Below are positions 40,062 through 49,980 of a stretch of 64,000 nucleotides of DNA, piece by piece. Source of the DNA: a virus; IMG/VR virus record IMGVR_UViG_3300043772_001024, positions 47,743-111,742 of that record. One strand, 5' to 3'. Both the position numbers and the translations under genes were made by a program. Each line of letters starts with the position of its first letter. Positions within the stretch are counted from its first letter, which is position 1. Under the pieces are notes generated by a model. It made no database searches. It had not been told where the DNA came from and saw only the letters and a list, made by a program, of their open reading frames with translations.

Positions 40062-40329
40062 GTCTGCTATTTATTATGAATAACTTTACTGCATCTGACA
40101 ATTCACTAACATTCTTTGCTAAGTTTTTAATTTCAAGCTGTGTCAGTTCTTGTAGTGCTTGATATTTTATTTGACTTTCTTGTTGTACTAGTTCTATTTT
40201 ACCTTTTAATTTACCTTGTTCTTCTGTATTTTTTCTAACATCAGAGTGTATCATTTTTAAAAAGTATCCAAATATAGTAAAAATTAAACTAGCTATAAAA
40301 AGGATGAGTGTCATTAACCAGGTTTCCAT
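40054..40329 (-). CDS. Membrane-anchored coiled-coil protein (holin/antiholin-like)
   Basis: N-terminal TM helix plus coiled coil; lysis cluster. Confidence 0.55.
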   Translation of the reverse strand: METWLMTLILFIASLIFTIFGYFLKMIHSDVRKNTEEQGKLKGKIELVQQESQIKYQALQELTQLEIKNLAKNVSELSDAVKLFIINSRHD

Positions 40330-40412
40330 TGTTATTATGTTATAAATATATATATAATAATATACAAAAAATAAATGAAACTACAATAGGTTAATAGGTA
40401 TTTTTACTTATA

Positions 40413-40724
40413 TTAAGCCATGTCAATGATTACTTCATACCCCATTTGCTCATAAGCTATCTTAGCATATTTGTGAGCTGTCTCTAAAGATTGAGTTTCA
40501 CCTGCCTCTAAATCAGATTTATAACTTCCAATAGGAACATCTGTATATAAAATTTTACCTTCTTCAAATGTTGCTTTGTTTGCAAATGTTGCTACTTCAC
40601 CTTCAATAGTGTTTCCTGGGAAATCACCTAAGAATCTGATTCTACCATAAACCTCTGGTAACTCAATACCTGTTCCTGAGATTGTAATCTTTTTTTCTTC
40701 TGTTGCTTTAATTAAAATTGCCAT
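40413..40724 (-). CDS. Putative tail fibre accessory protein
   Basis: 103 aa after the fibre gene. Confidence 0.5.
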   Translation of the reverse strand: MAILIKATEEKKITISGTGIELPEVYGRIRFLGDFPGNTIEGEVATFANKATFEEGKILYTDVPIGSYKSDLEAGETQSLETAHKYAKIAYEQMGYEVIIDMA

Positions 40725-40750
40725 AATATATTTTTTTGTAAAGATAGTAA

Positions 40751-42451
40751 TTATCCTAATAATCCTAAATTAGTTAATATAGTAACTAAGTCACCAACTG
40801 TTGCTATACCTGCACTTGATTGTTTATATAATTTAATTACATCTCCAACCTCTGTTCTAAAATGTGGTGCTGCATTACCTGCTGTTATGTCTGCTGAGTA
40901 TTGTTGGAATGAATCAGTAATATTTGTAGATGGTACTGATGTATGATTTCTTACTACTAATGTATTTCCACCATCTCCCATAAATGTAGTTACATTGGCA
41001 TCTGTTAATATAGTATTGTTTTTCCCACTTAATAATAAGCTACCATTACCTCTAAACATTTGGCTTTGGCGATAATCATTAAAGAATACATTAAATACTT
41101 CATTTGCACTATAAGTTATAAAACCACCATTACCTGATCTTCCTAAATGAATTGAACTATTACCACCATAAGTATCCTGAGAAGCATTACCAATTCTAAT
41201 TGATGAGTCACCAGATGTTGTATTACCAATACCCATGACTATATTCCTCATCCCATTTATAGAATTAGAAGAACCAACAACAACATAATTATCAACGGAA
41301 CCACTTAAAGTATTTGAATTACCAAATACTGTATTTGTATAATTAGCAATGGATGTATTTCCTGTTCCTACATACAACGAACCAAATGTATTTGTTTGTA
41401 TAAAAGTTCCTGCTGTTGTATCTATTTTTGGATTAGATGGAATTACTATTGTGCCATTTCCTTGCACAGTTAAAATATTCGCACTATCAGCACTATTCCT
41501 AACTCTAAATGCTAAGTCAGTTGATAATGCACCTTGTGCTCTTACGTCAAGTCTTGCACCTGGTGTTGATGCTTCTGTCCCAATTCCTACCGTACCACTA
41601 CTATTTATTGTAAATATGGGATTAGTTGTTAAATTACCTGCATTATTACCATGAACATTGAAAAAATTGACATTTGTACCTGCATTACCTATTCTTAAAG
41701 TTGCTTGAGCTCCTATCCCTGTAACATGAAAAACATTATGAAATTGATTTCTTATTTGTATATTATGAGTTTGTGTTCCTGATGAATACATGGCAACACC
41801 ACCATTATTTCCAACCGTTAAGCTACTTCCTATTTGTATTGATTTAGTTCCTGCCGACTCAGGAAATACAAAAACACCGCCTTCACTTAATGCTTGAAAC
41901 CTTACTATTTCTATGTTACTGGTATTGTCATTTTTAAATAAGGAAAGTTCAGACCCTTTATTGAAAGTACCTACTGTAATTTTTCTTAATCTTGTATATC
42001 CAATTCCCGTTACATCATTATTCTCTATTTCTAACATACTGTTAGAAAAAGTTGTTTTTCCATCACCCTGAGCAGAAATAATATTCTGCGTACCAGCACT
42101 ATTCTGAATTTGAAATGGTATATCAGTAGCAGCAGTACCTACAGCCTTTAATCCTAATCTTTTTAATGTATTGTCATAAGTGAAGTTAGCATCTTGCTGA
42201 ACTACTCCACCTGCTTGAAAGAATACTCTACCATCTGTTCCTGATGTTACAGCTGTTGTTCCTACTGTTATTCCACTTCCTGAGAATATTTCTTGGACAA
42301 CTCCTGTAGAATCTTTATAGTGAACTAACTTATCTGCCTTATCATAGAAATAAGTACTGTTAGCTACAGATGCCCAATCTGCAGAAGTATCAGTAACTAC
42401 TGTGTAGTTAATAGCTCCTGCCATTGTTGTTGTTACTGCTGTTACTGCCAT
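40751..42451 (-). CDS. Tail fibre protein
   Basis: 566 aa G/N/T/S-rich; VGIGT..PGARLDV; G..NT beta-roll repeats. Confidence 0.75.
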   Translation of the reverse strand: MAVTAVTTTMAGAINYTVVTDTSADWASVANSTYFYDKADKLVHYKDSTGVVQEIFSGSGITVGTTAVTSGTDGRVFFQAGGVVQQDANFTYDNTLKRLGLKAVGTAATDIPFQIQNSAGTQNIISAQGDGKTTFSNSMLEIENNDVTGIGYTRLRKITVGTFNKGSELSLFKNDNTSNIEIVRFQALSEGGVFVFPESAGTKSIQIGSSLTVGNNGGVAMYSSGTQTHNIQIRNQFHNVFHVTGIGAQATLRIGNAGTNVNFFNVHGNNAGNLTTNPIFTINSSGTVGIGTEASTPGARLDVRAQGALSTDLAFRVRNSADSANILTVQGNGTIVIPSNPKIDTTAGTFIQTNTFGSLYVGTGNTSIANYTNTVFGNSNTLSGSVDNYVVVGSSNSINGMRNIVMGIGNTTSGDSSIRIGNASQDTYGGNSSIHLGRSGNGGFITYSANEVFNVFFNDYRQSQMFRGNGSLLLSGKNNTILTDANVTTFMGDGGNTLVVRNHTSVPSTNITDSFQQYSADITAGNAAPHFRTEVGDVIKLYKQSSAGIATVGDLVTILTNLGLLG

Positions 42452-42762
42452 GATGTAAATGTATTATAAAAGTTATCAAATATTAATTTTTCTGAATTAG
42501 ACAGTGTATCATATTCAAATTCTTGCATAGACTTTACTTCTAATTTTTCAACCAATAAAAGAACATATCTTTTAACATCATCTTCTGTTACAAAAATTTG
42601 ATTATATATATCTGTATTTTTGCTATTAGCTAAATTAATAAAATCTTGATAAGATAAGTTTTCATCTCCTGATAAATCACTTATAATATAAGTTTTTACT
42701 GCTGAATCAACAGTGCTTATTAGTTCATTATAGTCTAATAATATATCTACTTTAGTTATCAT
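42442..42762 (-). CDS. Hypothetical protein in the fibre cluster
   Basis: 106 aa overlapping both neighbours. Confidence 0.55.
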   Translation of the reverse strand: MITKVDILLDYNELISTVDSAVKTYIISDLSGDENLSYQDFINLANSKNTDIYNQIFVTEDDVKRYVLLLVEKLEVKSMQEFEYDTLSNSEKLIFDNFYNTFTSWQ

Positions 42763-44099
42763 AATAATATATTTCCTTGATTATCTTGTGTATTTATTAA
42801 GCCTTGTGTAATGTTAGCATTTACTGGTGTAGTTGCTGTTCTAAATGAAGTATTAGCATATTTAACTGTAGCAGCAGCAGTTGAATTAATACAATTTGCA
42901 GATGTACTAGCTACATCAATAAGACAATTAGCTATTTCATTTAATGTTGCACCACTCATTCTAACAGCATGACCTCCTGCATTACTCCAACCCGAAACTA
43001 TGGTGCAATTTAATAATGAAATTGCTCCTGCGTTTGATACAATTGCTCCTGCTGAATATAAGAAACAATTATAAAATTTATATCTTCCATCACCATAATT
43101 AAAGTGAAGTGCTATTGCATTTCCCGATGTAGAATATGCTTGGCAATTTTGAGCAATTGTGCTATAAAAACAAGTTCCCGAAACTGACCTTGCAATACAA
43201 TTATAAATAGTTTGTGAGCCTAAAAGTTGCCCATCAAAACAAGCACCCGTATTAGTAGTTACTTGACAATTATAAGCACCATTAACAGCTTGAACTCCAA
43301 TACCACTTGTTAAACAATTTATAACACATTCATAAATTGTGCTACTACTTCCTGATATCCCCGTACCACTTTGAGTAATAATAATAGATTGTCTTGCAAT
43401 TCCTGATGAAAATCCACCCGAAGTACCCGTACATTCAATATAGCAATTATTAATTGTACTACCTGTATTACCACCAGCAATAGCAGTACCTCCACCATTT
43501 GTAATACAAGTTAAGTTGTTTGCTATAAAAGCATGTAAAGCATCACCTGACATAATAGGTGAATTTCCTGATGTAACAGTATATCTTACAACACAACCAC
43601 TAAAATCAATTCTTGAAGAAATATATGCAGATGTACCAATGAATGCAAAAATTTGATTACCTGCTGATGCTGTATTTGTTCTTGTAATGTTTATATTATA
43701 AAATGCAAATGTTCCTCCTACTGTTGAGTTATAAGAAAACATTACTCCAGAGTTGTTAGTATATGTATATGTATGACCATTACCATTTATAATAACTTCA
43801 CTTTTCATAGCAATAGTAACATTTGCTGTTTCAGTAACGTCTGCAAATAATTCAATAGTCTGACCTGCAGTTGCAGCAGCCATTGCTAAAGTTAATGTAG
43901 CATAGTAAGTATAAACTCCACTAGCATTTGAAATACCCCAAACACCAGAAGATCCTGTTACATTCACAGTAACATTATTACCAGAAGTTGTAGCTGTTAC
44001 ACCTGTTCCTGTAAAGTCAATTTGAGCTACATCAGATGTAAGTGTAGAACCTTCATCTAATATTTTAATTGATTTTCCTATATTAATCCCTGTACTCAT
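42759..44099 (-). CDS. Tailspike-like right-handed beta-helix protein
   Basis: YYATL..A..AA.AGQTIEL..D; repeated YNC/INNC ladder typical of pectin-lyase-like beta helices. Confidence 0.65.
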   Translation of the reverse strand: MSTGINIGKSIKILDEGSTLTSDVAQIDFTGTGVTATTSGNNVTVNVTGSSGVWGISNASGVYTYYATLTLAMAAATAGQTIELFADVTETANVTIAMKSEVIINGNGHTYTYTNNSGVMFSYNSTVGGTFAFYNINITRTNTASAGNQIFAFIGTSAYISSRIDFSGCVVRYTVTSGNSPIMSGDALHAFIANNLTCITNGGGTAIAGGNTGSTINNCYIECTGTSGGFSSGIARQSIIITQSGTGISGSSSTIYECVINCLTSGIGVQAVNGAYNCQVTTNTGACFDGQLLGSQTIYNCIARSVSGTCFYSTIAQNCQAYSTSGNAIALHFNYGDGRYKFYNCFLYSAGAIVSNAGAISLLNCTIVSGWSNAGGHAVRMSGATLNEIANCLIDVASTSANCINSTAAATVKYANTSFRTATTPVNANITQGLINTQDNQGNILL

Positions 44100-44101
44100 T
44101 T

Positions 44102-44656
44102 TTAATATGTTTTATTTAATATGCAAATATCGCTATAAATACTATTACCTAAATTAGCAGCCCCCCATTGAACTGTAATATCTAAAGTATTAGCTATTGT
44201 TGTATCAAAGGTTGTGCTATTAACATCATTAAAAGCAAATCCTTCCGTAACACCATTTGATGTCTTAGTATAATGAAATGTACCTAATGTAACTATAGAT
44301 GCTACACCTGACCCTCCTAATGCTCTTACAGTGAAATCTACATTCAAAGAGAATACATTGTTTGTAATATTAGTTATTGCCTTAGCACCACTGTCAGCTA
44401 ATATAGAAGTACCATCCTTTACTTTTACTCTTATGGTTTGGTTATTAGCTACATTTAGTACGCCAGCTATTATAGCTCTAAAGCTATCACCTACTTTAAA
44501 GAAGTTAGCAGGTACAGATAAACTACCTACACCACCATTTATTAATGATGTCTCTACAGCTGTATTAGTAATAGGAGTACTGTTTGCTGTTTGAGCAAAT
44601 AACCCTCCTGTAATAGTATAAGGATTAGCAGATAATATATTTATCTGTGTACTCAT
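44102..44656 (-). CDS. Putative fibre/structural beta-sandwich protein
   Basis: 184 aa beta-rich. Confidence 0.55.
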   Translation of the reverse strand: MSTQINILSANPYTITGGLFAQTANSTPITNTAVETSLINGGVGSLSVPANFFKVGDSFRAIIAGVLNVANNQTIRVKVKDGTSILADSGAKAITNITNNVFSLNVDFTVRALGGSGVASIVTLGTFHYTKTSNGVTEGFAFNDVNSTTFDTTIANTLDITVQWGAANLGNSIYSDICILNKTY

Positions 44657-44907
44657 GCTTCAAAAGGTGGTGGTGTTGGCTTCGGTTCGTATGGTATTAA
44701 GTCAAGGTCTTTTACCCAAAGATAATCAGGGTTTACACACTGCTTCATTTCTTCAACTGATATTACCCAGTTGTCATTCAAGTCCTGAATAGGATTAAAA
44801 TAAGAGTCAGGTGCATACCATTGTCCTAATAATTCGTCTTTTTGTAGCTCAGTTAATAAACCTACATAGGTCAACTTTTGTTCTGCTGTTAGTTGTGTTA
44901 GTTTCAT
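44653..44907 (-). CDS. Small protein associated with the 44904 gene
   Basis: 84 aa; YFNPIQD.NDNWVIS. Confidence 0.65.
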   Translation of the reverse strand: MKLTQLTAEQKLTYVGLLTELQKDELLGQWYAPDSYFNPIQDLNDNWVISVEEMKQCVNPDYLWVKDLDLIPYEPKPTPPPFEA

Positions 44908-46472
44908 ATATTTCTATTTAATGCTGTTTGGAATGTTGTTACGCGAGAATTTAGGTTGGTTGCATCAGTATCAGTTAAACCGTCACCTATTGAGGCAAAA
45001 GCGTAATTTCTTTGTGTATAGTATTGGGCTGTTCCAGTAACATTTAACGCTCCTAAAAACATATTTAAATCGCCTCTTGCTCCATTTGCCCCTGTATAAG
45101 TGCTTCCTAATTGAGTATTATTTTTAAATAATTTTAAAACACTTGCACTTGTCCTTGTACCAACATAAAACCCAGTTGAATTTGTGTTTCCAGTTAATAC
45201 TCCTGAGCCTCCATTAATATAAGCATAAGCATTATTTGAAAATCTTGCATATAAACCAGTTACAGCTGACGCATTTAAACCTCCAAAATCCAAACCTCCT
45301 AAATCATTATTTGTTCTTGAATACAATGATAAATGCATTGAATCATTTGTGCTAAATGCTGTATTTGGATTTAATCCCGTATTTGCATATCCATTAACAC
45401 CACTTGTGTAACCGTTGGAATTCCATGTTCCTCCACCACTAAATGATAATTGATATTGAGCTGTGTTTTTAAGGTTGTAAGAATTACTACTTGAAGACGA
45501 ACCTACAAAAGGATAAACCGCTTTCATCTTAGTCCACAATCCATCAGCTTTCATTCCTATTACAAGGTTGTTTATTGCATTAGCTTCTACTTGGTCTTGT
45601 ATATCAGCATTTGTTACAAAAGCCTGTGCATCTGCATCACTTACTGTTTGAGTTCCTATTGAGCGTCCTAAAGTTGTTTGAAATGCTTGTACGGCTGTGT
45701 AAAAGTTAGCTGCTTCGGTATCTGTTAAGCCGTCACCTATTGAAGCGAAGGCTGTTTCTTTAGCTGAATATAAATCAATTGCAACATTACGCCTAAATAA
45801 ATTAAGAATATAAGTACTACCTCCTGTATAGGTATTATTTACAGAACTTGTACCTATTGTAATTCCATTTCTATAAGTTTCAAAATCATTATTGGCTCTA
45901 CGTGAATTTAAAATTAAACCTCTTGCATTTACTGTTGAAGTTGTTACTCTTCCAGCTATATTACTTCCTTGGTTGTTTAAATATTCATTCCCATTTCTTA
46001 CTATAAAAACTTCATTTGTTCCAGCATTATCTCCGCTACCAAACTCGCAAGCTAAAGTAGTTGAGTTAGTTCTTATGTAAGTAGATATATGAGAATTTAA
46101 AACTGTTGTTGCATTAAAAGAAAAATAAGTATTACCCCATCCATTAATTCCACCAGGCAAAACTCCAGTACTTGAATGAGTTACACCGCCGTTCCAAAAT
46201 ATTCTAAACGCTGCATCCAAATCGCGTGGGTCTTTTAAGTTAAACTTATGACTTGTTGCCGTCCCACCAACAAATGGATACAAGGCTGAAAATTTTGACC
46301 ATATAGAATACCCTTTCAAGTCAACTACCAAAGTATTGATAGCCGCTTGTTGTGTAGGGTCTGTTATTGCAGCCGCTGTAATGAATGCTTGTGCATCTGG
46401 GTCAACGGGAGGCACAGGCGGCACTAATGAAGCCAAATAAATACCAGTATTTCCACCTAAGATAACAGGCAT
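44904..46472 (-). CDS. Tandem-duplicated lectin/LamG-like putative receptor-binding protein
   Basis: Two ~250 aa repeats, each D.DAQAF...AIN.LV...K...W.K..A.YPFVG...FASIGDGLTDT.A......V..FQT.L.R. Confidence 0.65.
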   Translation of the reverse strand: MPVILGGNTGIYLASLVPPVPPVDPDAQAFITAAAITDPTQQAAINTLVVDLKGYSIWSKFSALYPFVGGTATSHKFNLKDPRDLDAAFRIFWNGGVTHSSTGVLPGGINGWGNTYFSFNATTVLNSHISTYIRTNSTTLACEFGSGDNAGTNEVFIVRNGNEYLNNQGSNIAGRVTTSTVNARGLILNSRRANNDFETYRNGITIGTSSVNNTYTGGSTYILNLFRRNVAIDLYSAKETAFASIGDGLTDTEAANFYTAVQAFQTTLGRSIGTQTVSDADAQAFVTNADIQDQVEANAINNLVIGMKADGLWTKMKAVYPFVGSSSSSNSYNLKNTAQYQLSFSGGGTWNSNGYTSGVNGYANTGLNPNTAFSTNDSMHLSLYSRTNNDLGGLDFGGLNASAVTGLYARFSNNAYAYINGGSGVLTGNTNSTGFYVGTRTSASVLKLFKNNTQLGSTYTGANGARGDLNMFLGALNVTGTAQYYTQRNYAFASIGDGLTDTDATNLNSRVTTFQTALNRNI

Positions 46473-46474
46473 AA

Positions 46475-47266
46475 TTACGCTACATAAATGATTATAAACT
46501 CAGTTCCTGTTGCATCATAAGCAAAGGAAGTAAAATAGTTATTAATTGCATCAGCAGAGAAGTTTAATACTTCTCCTGGTTTGATAGTAGTTAATGAAGC
46601 TAACACAGTTCCATTACCAGCACCTACGTTAGCAACAGATACAGAATAAAAAGTAGCAGCAACAGAACTAACATTTCCTGATGTATTAGAAGGTCTCAAC
46701 ATTCCTGGTGTTCTAGCTAAACCAGTTCCACCATCTACAGTAATACTATTACCTCCATCATTAATAGCTACAGCACCATTAGCATTTACAGCTACAGGTG
46801 AGTAATCACCATTAGCAGATGTCATAATTGCATTAGCATCATTTCTAACACCTAGTACAAATGATCCTGTGTTACCAGATACATGGGCTGTATCTTCAGC
46901 AAATGTTGCAGGCATAGTTAATACATCCACCTGTAACTCACCATTAGCATCTACTTTGATACCTGTAAATGTTGCTGGGTTAGCTGGATTTGTATAACCA
47001 TAAATTCCTACTGAATCATTATCAGGATCTAGATTAACTTCTAATGTTACTCCACCTGCTATATTTACATTAAGAGCATCATCCCCGGCTATATTTGTAA
47101 AAGTAAATGCATCTATATTGTCATTACATATAGTTACTGAATCTTCTACACAAGTTAGTGGTTGAGCTACCTCATCTAAAATTGCTTGAAGTCCTTGAAG
47201 TACTCTCCACTGATATGGTAGGTTATTACCTTGGTTTCCACTATCTTTTAAATTTCCTATTGACAT
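46475..47266 (-). CDS. Putative structural protein
   Basis: 263 aa beta-rich. Confidence 0.6.
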   Translation of the reverse strand: MSIGNLKDSGNQGNNLPYQWRVLQGLQAILDEVAQPLTCVEDSVTICNDNIDAFTFTNIAGDDALNVNIAGGVTLEVNLDPDNDSVGIYGYTNPANPATFTGIKVDANGELQVDVLTMPATFAEDTAHVSGNTGSFVLGVRNDANAIMTSANGDYSPVAVNANGAVAINDGGNSITVDGGTGLARTPGMLRPSNTSGNVSSVAATFYSVSVANVGAGNGTVLASLTTIKPGEVLNFSADAINNYFTSFAYDATGTEFIIIYVA

Positions 47267-47317
47267 AGTGTTATGTTTTAAATAACTGAGGTATTTCTAC
47301 CTCAGTAAATTGATAAT

Positions 47318-47794
47318 TTATGCAAGAATCAAAAAGTGAATTTTAACTACATTGTTTAGTGCTGCAGCTGAACCATTTGGATTTGATAATACAATTTTAA
47401 ATGAACCTGTTGCAATATCTGAAACACTTGCTACAGGAAACCCTGTTGCAGCCTCATCATATTGTACAGAAACTAAAATTCTTGATCCTGCAACAACATT
47501 AGTGTTGTTTACAGTAAAGAATGTTTTAGCATTTGCAGCTAATGTAGATGACACAGTAGTTACAACACCATTTAATGTGTTTGTAGTTACCGGTGTTGTA
47601 ATACTAGTACCCTGAGTTACAGTGCCTGTATTATATAATGTCTGCAATGGAGCAGCATTTACAGCTAATGGTAGCCACTTATCATCGCGAGATTGGTCTT
47701 GTGCACCTACTGCAATTAGAGTGTTAACATCTGTTGGGATTGTGGTTCTGTAATTACCAGCCTTGATCCAAGAAATAAGATTTAAGATATCCAT
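47318..47794 (-). CDS. Putative structural protein
   Basis: 158 aa; GTVTQ.TS.TT.VT.N...G, FTV.N; late promoter upstream. Confidence 0.6.
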   Translation of the reverse strand: MDILNLISWIKAGNYRTTIPTDVNTLIAVGAQDQSRDDKWLPLAVNAAPLQTLYNTGTVTQGTSITTPVTTNTLNGVVTTVSSTLAANAKTFFTVNNTNVVAGSRILVSVQYDEAATGFPVASVSDIATGSFKIVLSNPNGSAAALNNVVKIHFLILA

Positions 47795-47847
47795 GATTAT
47801 AAAGTTTTAATAAATATACACTATAATATACAAAAAATTTTTGATAT

Positions 47848-47880
47848 AAAAAAATCCCCAGCTAAAAAACTGAGGATCTT
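47848..47880 (-). terminator. Intrinsic terminator
   Basis: ATCCTCAG/CTGGGGAT hairpin plus U tract. Confidence 0.7.
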
Positions 47881-47901
47881 TCTGTTTGGAGAGTATATAG
47901 G

Positions 47902-48099
47902 TTAAAACATCAAGCCCATAAAGAATGCTATAAAAAGCATTGCTATTAAAGTTATATTAGCATATTTCTTTCCTTCTGGATCTTCTTCCCAGACATTGTG
48001 CATCTTATTATATAGGGGTTTACTCATAGCATTGTTTACTAAAAACAAGAACCCTAATACTATTACACCAAATATAAACATGATTCCTTTTATAATCAT
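47902..48099 (-). CDS. Small membrane protein (2 TM)
   Basis: 65 aa with two hydrophobic helices. Confidence 0.65.
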   Translation of the reverse strand: MIIKGIMFIFGVIVLGFLFLVNNAMSKPLYNKMHNVWEEDPEGKKYANITLIAMLFIAFFMGLMF

Positions 48100-48374
48100 A
48101 GTGAGTCAATTCTTTTTTGTAAATATACTAAAGCTTTTTCTAAATCTTCTTTTTCTGTAGAAATATTTTTCTTACCAGCCCGGGCAACATACTTAATTAC
48201 ATTACCCAAGTAGAAGTCTCTGTCTAGTCCCCAGGCATCTAGCACTTGAAATACTTCATAAGTATTATTAGCACCACCATAGTATTCTGGTCTGGGTCCT
48301 TTATCTGGTTCTAGATTGAGCACTCTATCTGTAACATCAATAAGAGTAGCCCTTATTTTATTATCCTGACTCAT
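48096..48374 (-). CDS. DUF3310-like protein
   Basis: YYGG...YEV...FYLGNVIKYV.RAGKK...EDLEKA..YL. Confidence 0.8.
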   Translation of the reverse strand: MSQDNKIRATLIDVTDRVLNLEPDKGPRPEYYGGANNTYEVFQVLDAWGLDRDFYLGNVIKYVARAGKKNISTEKEDLEKALVYLQKRIDSL

Positions 48375-48377
48375 GAC

Positions 48378-48674
48378 TTACCATACTATAATTACATCAC
48401 CTTCATTAAGAACAAGCTTTATACTTCCATCTATTTCTATTCTCTCTACTTGTTCCATGTTAAGTGCTGAGGTTCTTACATATACTTGATCACCTTCACT
48501 AACTTCTTCTACTTTATCTCCTGTGGCATAAACTGTAAGCCTACTCCAAAGCTTAGCAGCCTCTTGCATCATTGCTTCTTCATCTTTAGCAGACAACTCA
48601 AGTCCTGACTTCTTTCTTTCCGGTACACTCAATAAAATTGTCCGGCCTCTTAATAACTTAAATCCTTTACTCAT
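48378..48674 (-). CDS. groES: GroES-like co-chaperonin
   Basis: KLLRGRTILL...KSGLEL mobile loop, V.ATGDKV..V.EGDQVY, LNEGDVI. Confidence 0.7.
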   Translation of the reverse strand: MSKGFKLLRGRTILLSVPERKKSGLELSAKDEEAMMQEAAKLWSRLTVYATGDKVEEVSEGDQVYVRTSALNMEQVERIEIDGSIKLVLNEGDVIIVW

Positions 48675-48677
48675 TAC

Positions 48678-48962
48678 TTATTTTTTTAATGTGATTACTT
48701 TTACTACTGCCATTTGGGCATTCAGGATTTCTCCCAGTGCATGATCAAACAACAAACTTTTTAGTGGCCCTCTTTCTGCCTCATAGTTTGATTTCAAAAT
48801 CTCAGCCATTTCTGCTGCTAATAACTTTACTTTAGTTACTGTGGTATCATCTAGATTATCCGGATCTAATCCTACTAACTGATGTCCAAAAGGAATGATT
48901 TTATGCTCAATCATTTCTGGAGAATTCTCCGGTACTGGGTAAGTTGGTTTTGTTTCACTCAT
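48678..48962 (-). CDS. Acb2/Tad1-like helical hairpin protein (DUF7681-like)
   Basis: FG..LVG....VTKVKLLAAEMAEIL...A.GEI.NAQMAVVKVIT. Confidence 0.45.
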   Translation of the reverse strand: MSETKPTYPVPENSPEMIEHKIIPFGHQLVGLDPDNLDDTTVTKVKLLAAEMAEILKSNYEAERGPLKSLLFDHALGEILNAQMAVVKVITLKK

Positions 48963-48978
48963 TGTATTTAATTTAAAA

Positions 48979-49332
48979 TTAATTTATTTTTCTAGTTAAA
49001 TTATCTGATGCTTTTTTAGCAAACTTTTTTACTTTATTTTTTTCTGACTTAGATAAGTTAAGACTTGTTTGCCATCCTTTACCTAAGTTTAATCTAGGTC
49101 CATTTGGATTCATTAAGTTTATATCTTGTTTATCTACAGGAGCATCTCCAAAGGGATATATGGCTTTCATTTTACTCCATATACCTGTTTTTTCCATATG
49201 AGTAAACATTGACACAAAAGCTTTAACATACTGCATTCTTGTATAAGGCACACTTTTAGTTCCAAAAGGTATCTTATCTATCTTTACAGCTAGAAAATAC
49301 TCTCTTAATGTTCTCTTACCTGTCTCAGTCAT
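48979..49332 (-). CDS. Hypothetical protein
   Basis: 117 aa; GIWSKMKAIYPF shared with the 44904 repeats. Confidence 0.6.
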   Translation of the reverse strand: MTETGKRTLREYFLAVKIDKIPFGTKSVPYTRMQYVKAFVSMFTHMEKTGIWSKMKAIYPFGDAPVDKQDINLMNPNGPRLNLGKGWQTSLNLSKSEKNKVKKFAKKASDNLTRKIN

Positions 49333-49333
49333 C

Positions 49334-49576
49334 TTATTCTATAATTTCAAATTCAACATCTTCAAATTCTGCCTTTAAAAAGTAATCTATACCTCCCCAA
49401 CATTTACCATCAATTTCTATACAAGTATCATTATGAACAAACCCTGTACAAGTTCCTAGTATCTTATCTGGATTATGATAACTGACTACTCTATCACCAA
49501 TTTGATAATTAATCTGAGGTTCAATATATATATTGTTATGCATCATATTTTTGTGTTGTTTTAGGTGTTTTGTCAC
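49334..49576 (-). CDS. Hypothetical protein
   Basis: 80 aa ORF (true start probably MMHNN). Confidence 0.5.
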   Translation of the reverse strand: MTKHLKQHKNMMHNNIYIEPQINYQIGDRVVSYHNPDKILGTCTGFVHNDTCIEIDGKCWGGIDYFLKAEFEDVEFEIIE

Positions 49577-49844
49577 TTAATTCTTTTTCTTCAATAAAGT
49601 TATCAAGCAAATTCAACTTAAGCTTTTCTAATAAACCTATGAGAGCTAGATTACCATGGGCATTCTCACCAACTCTAACTTCTAGTCCTTCTTCTTTCTC
49701 AGTGATGGACAACAACACTTTATCTGACATATTAATTAATTTACTTAGTTTATCATAAAGCTCTCTTGCTTCCAGGTTGCTACCCCCAAGAACTCTAACC
49801 TCCTTGGTAATCTTTTCCCACAACAGTTTTTGCTGTGGACTCAT
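49536..49844 (-). CDS. Hypothetical protein
   Basis: 102 aa downstream of the promoter at 49890. Confidence 0.6.
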   Translation of the reverse strand: MSPQQKLLWEKITKEVRVLGGSNLEARELYDKLSKLINMSDKVLLSITEKEEGLEVRVGENAHGNLALIGLLEKLKLNLLDNFIEEKELSDKTPKTTQKYDA

Positions 49845-49917
49845 CTCATGTAAAAGGGATTGAAGTGATCATACAAGTTGTTGGTGTTACAAATATAAAA
49901 ACTTTTTTTGTTTAAAC

Positions 49918-49980
49918 TAAAAACCCCAGAAAAAATTTCCAGGGCTCTTAGCTTATTAATCAATCAAAGTAAATATGAAC
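49918..49980 (-). ncRNA. Candidate sRNA C
   Basis: TATATTTG (49985-49992) upstream, GU-containing terminator hairpin (49919-49946), no ORF. Confidence 0.45.

Larger units (their letters stand above)
5960..47835 (-). promoter_or_regulatory. Dispersed late-promoter motif (ttt[a/t]GTATATT) upstream of structural operons
   Basis: AATATAC(T/A)AA on the + strand in intergenic gaps near 5964, 14816, 16864, 29777, 38091, 40359, 47825, plus a variant near 21561. Confidence 0.55.

Noticed and set aside
40751-46472. Diversity-generating retroelement acting on fibres
   Set aside because: No reverse transcriptase in the window and no TR/VR pair differing at adenines; the duplicated sequence is an in-frame domain duplication
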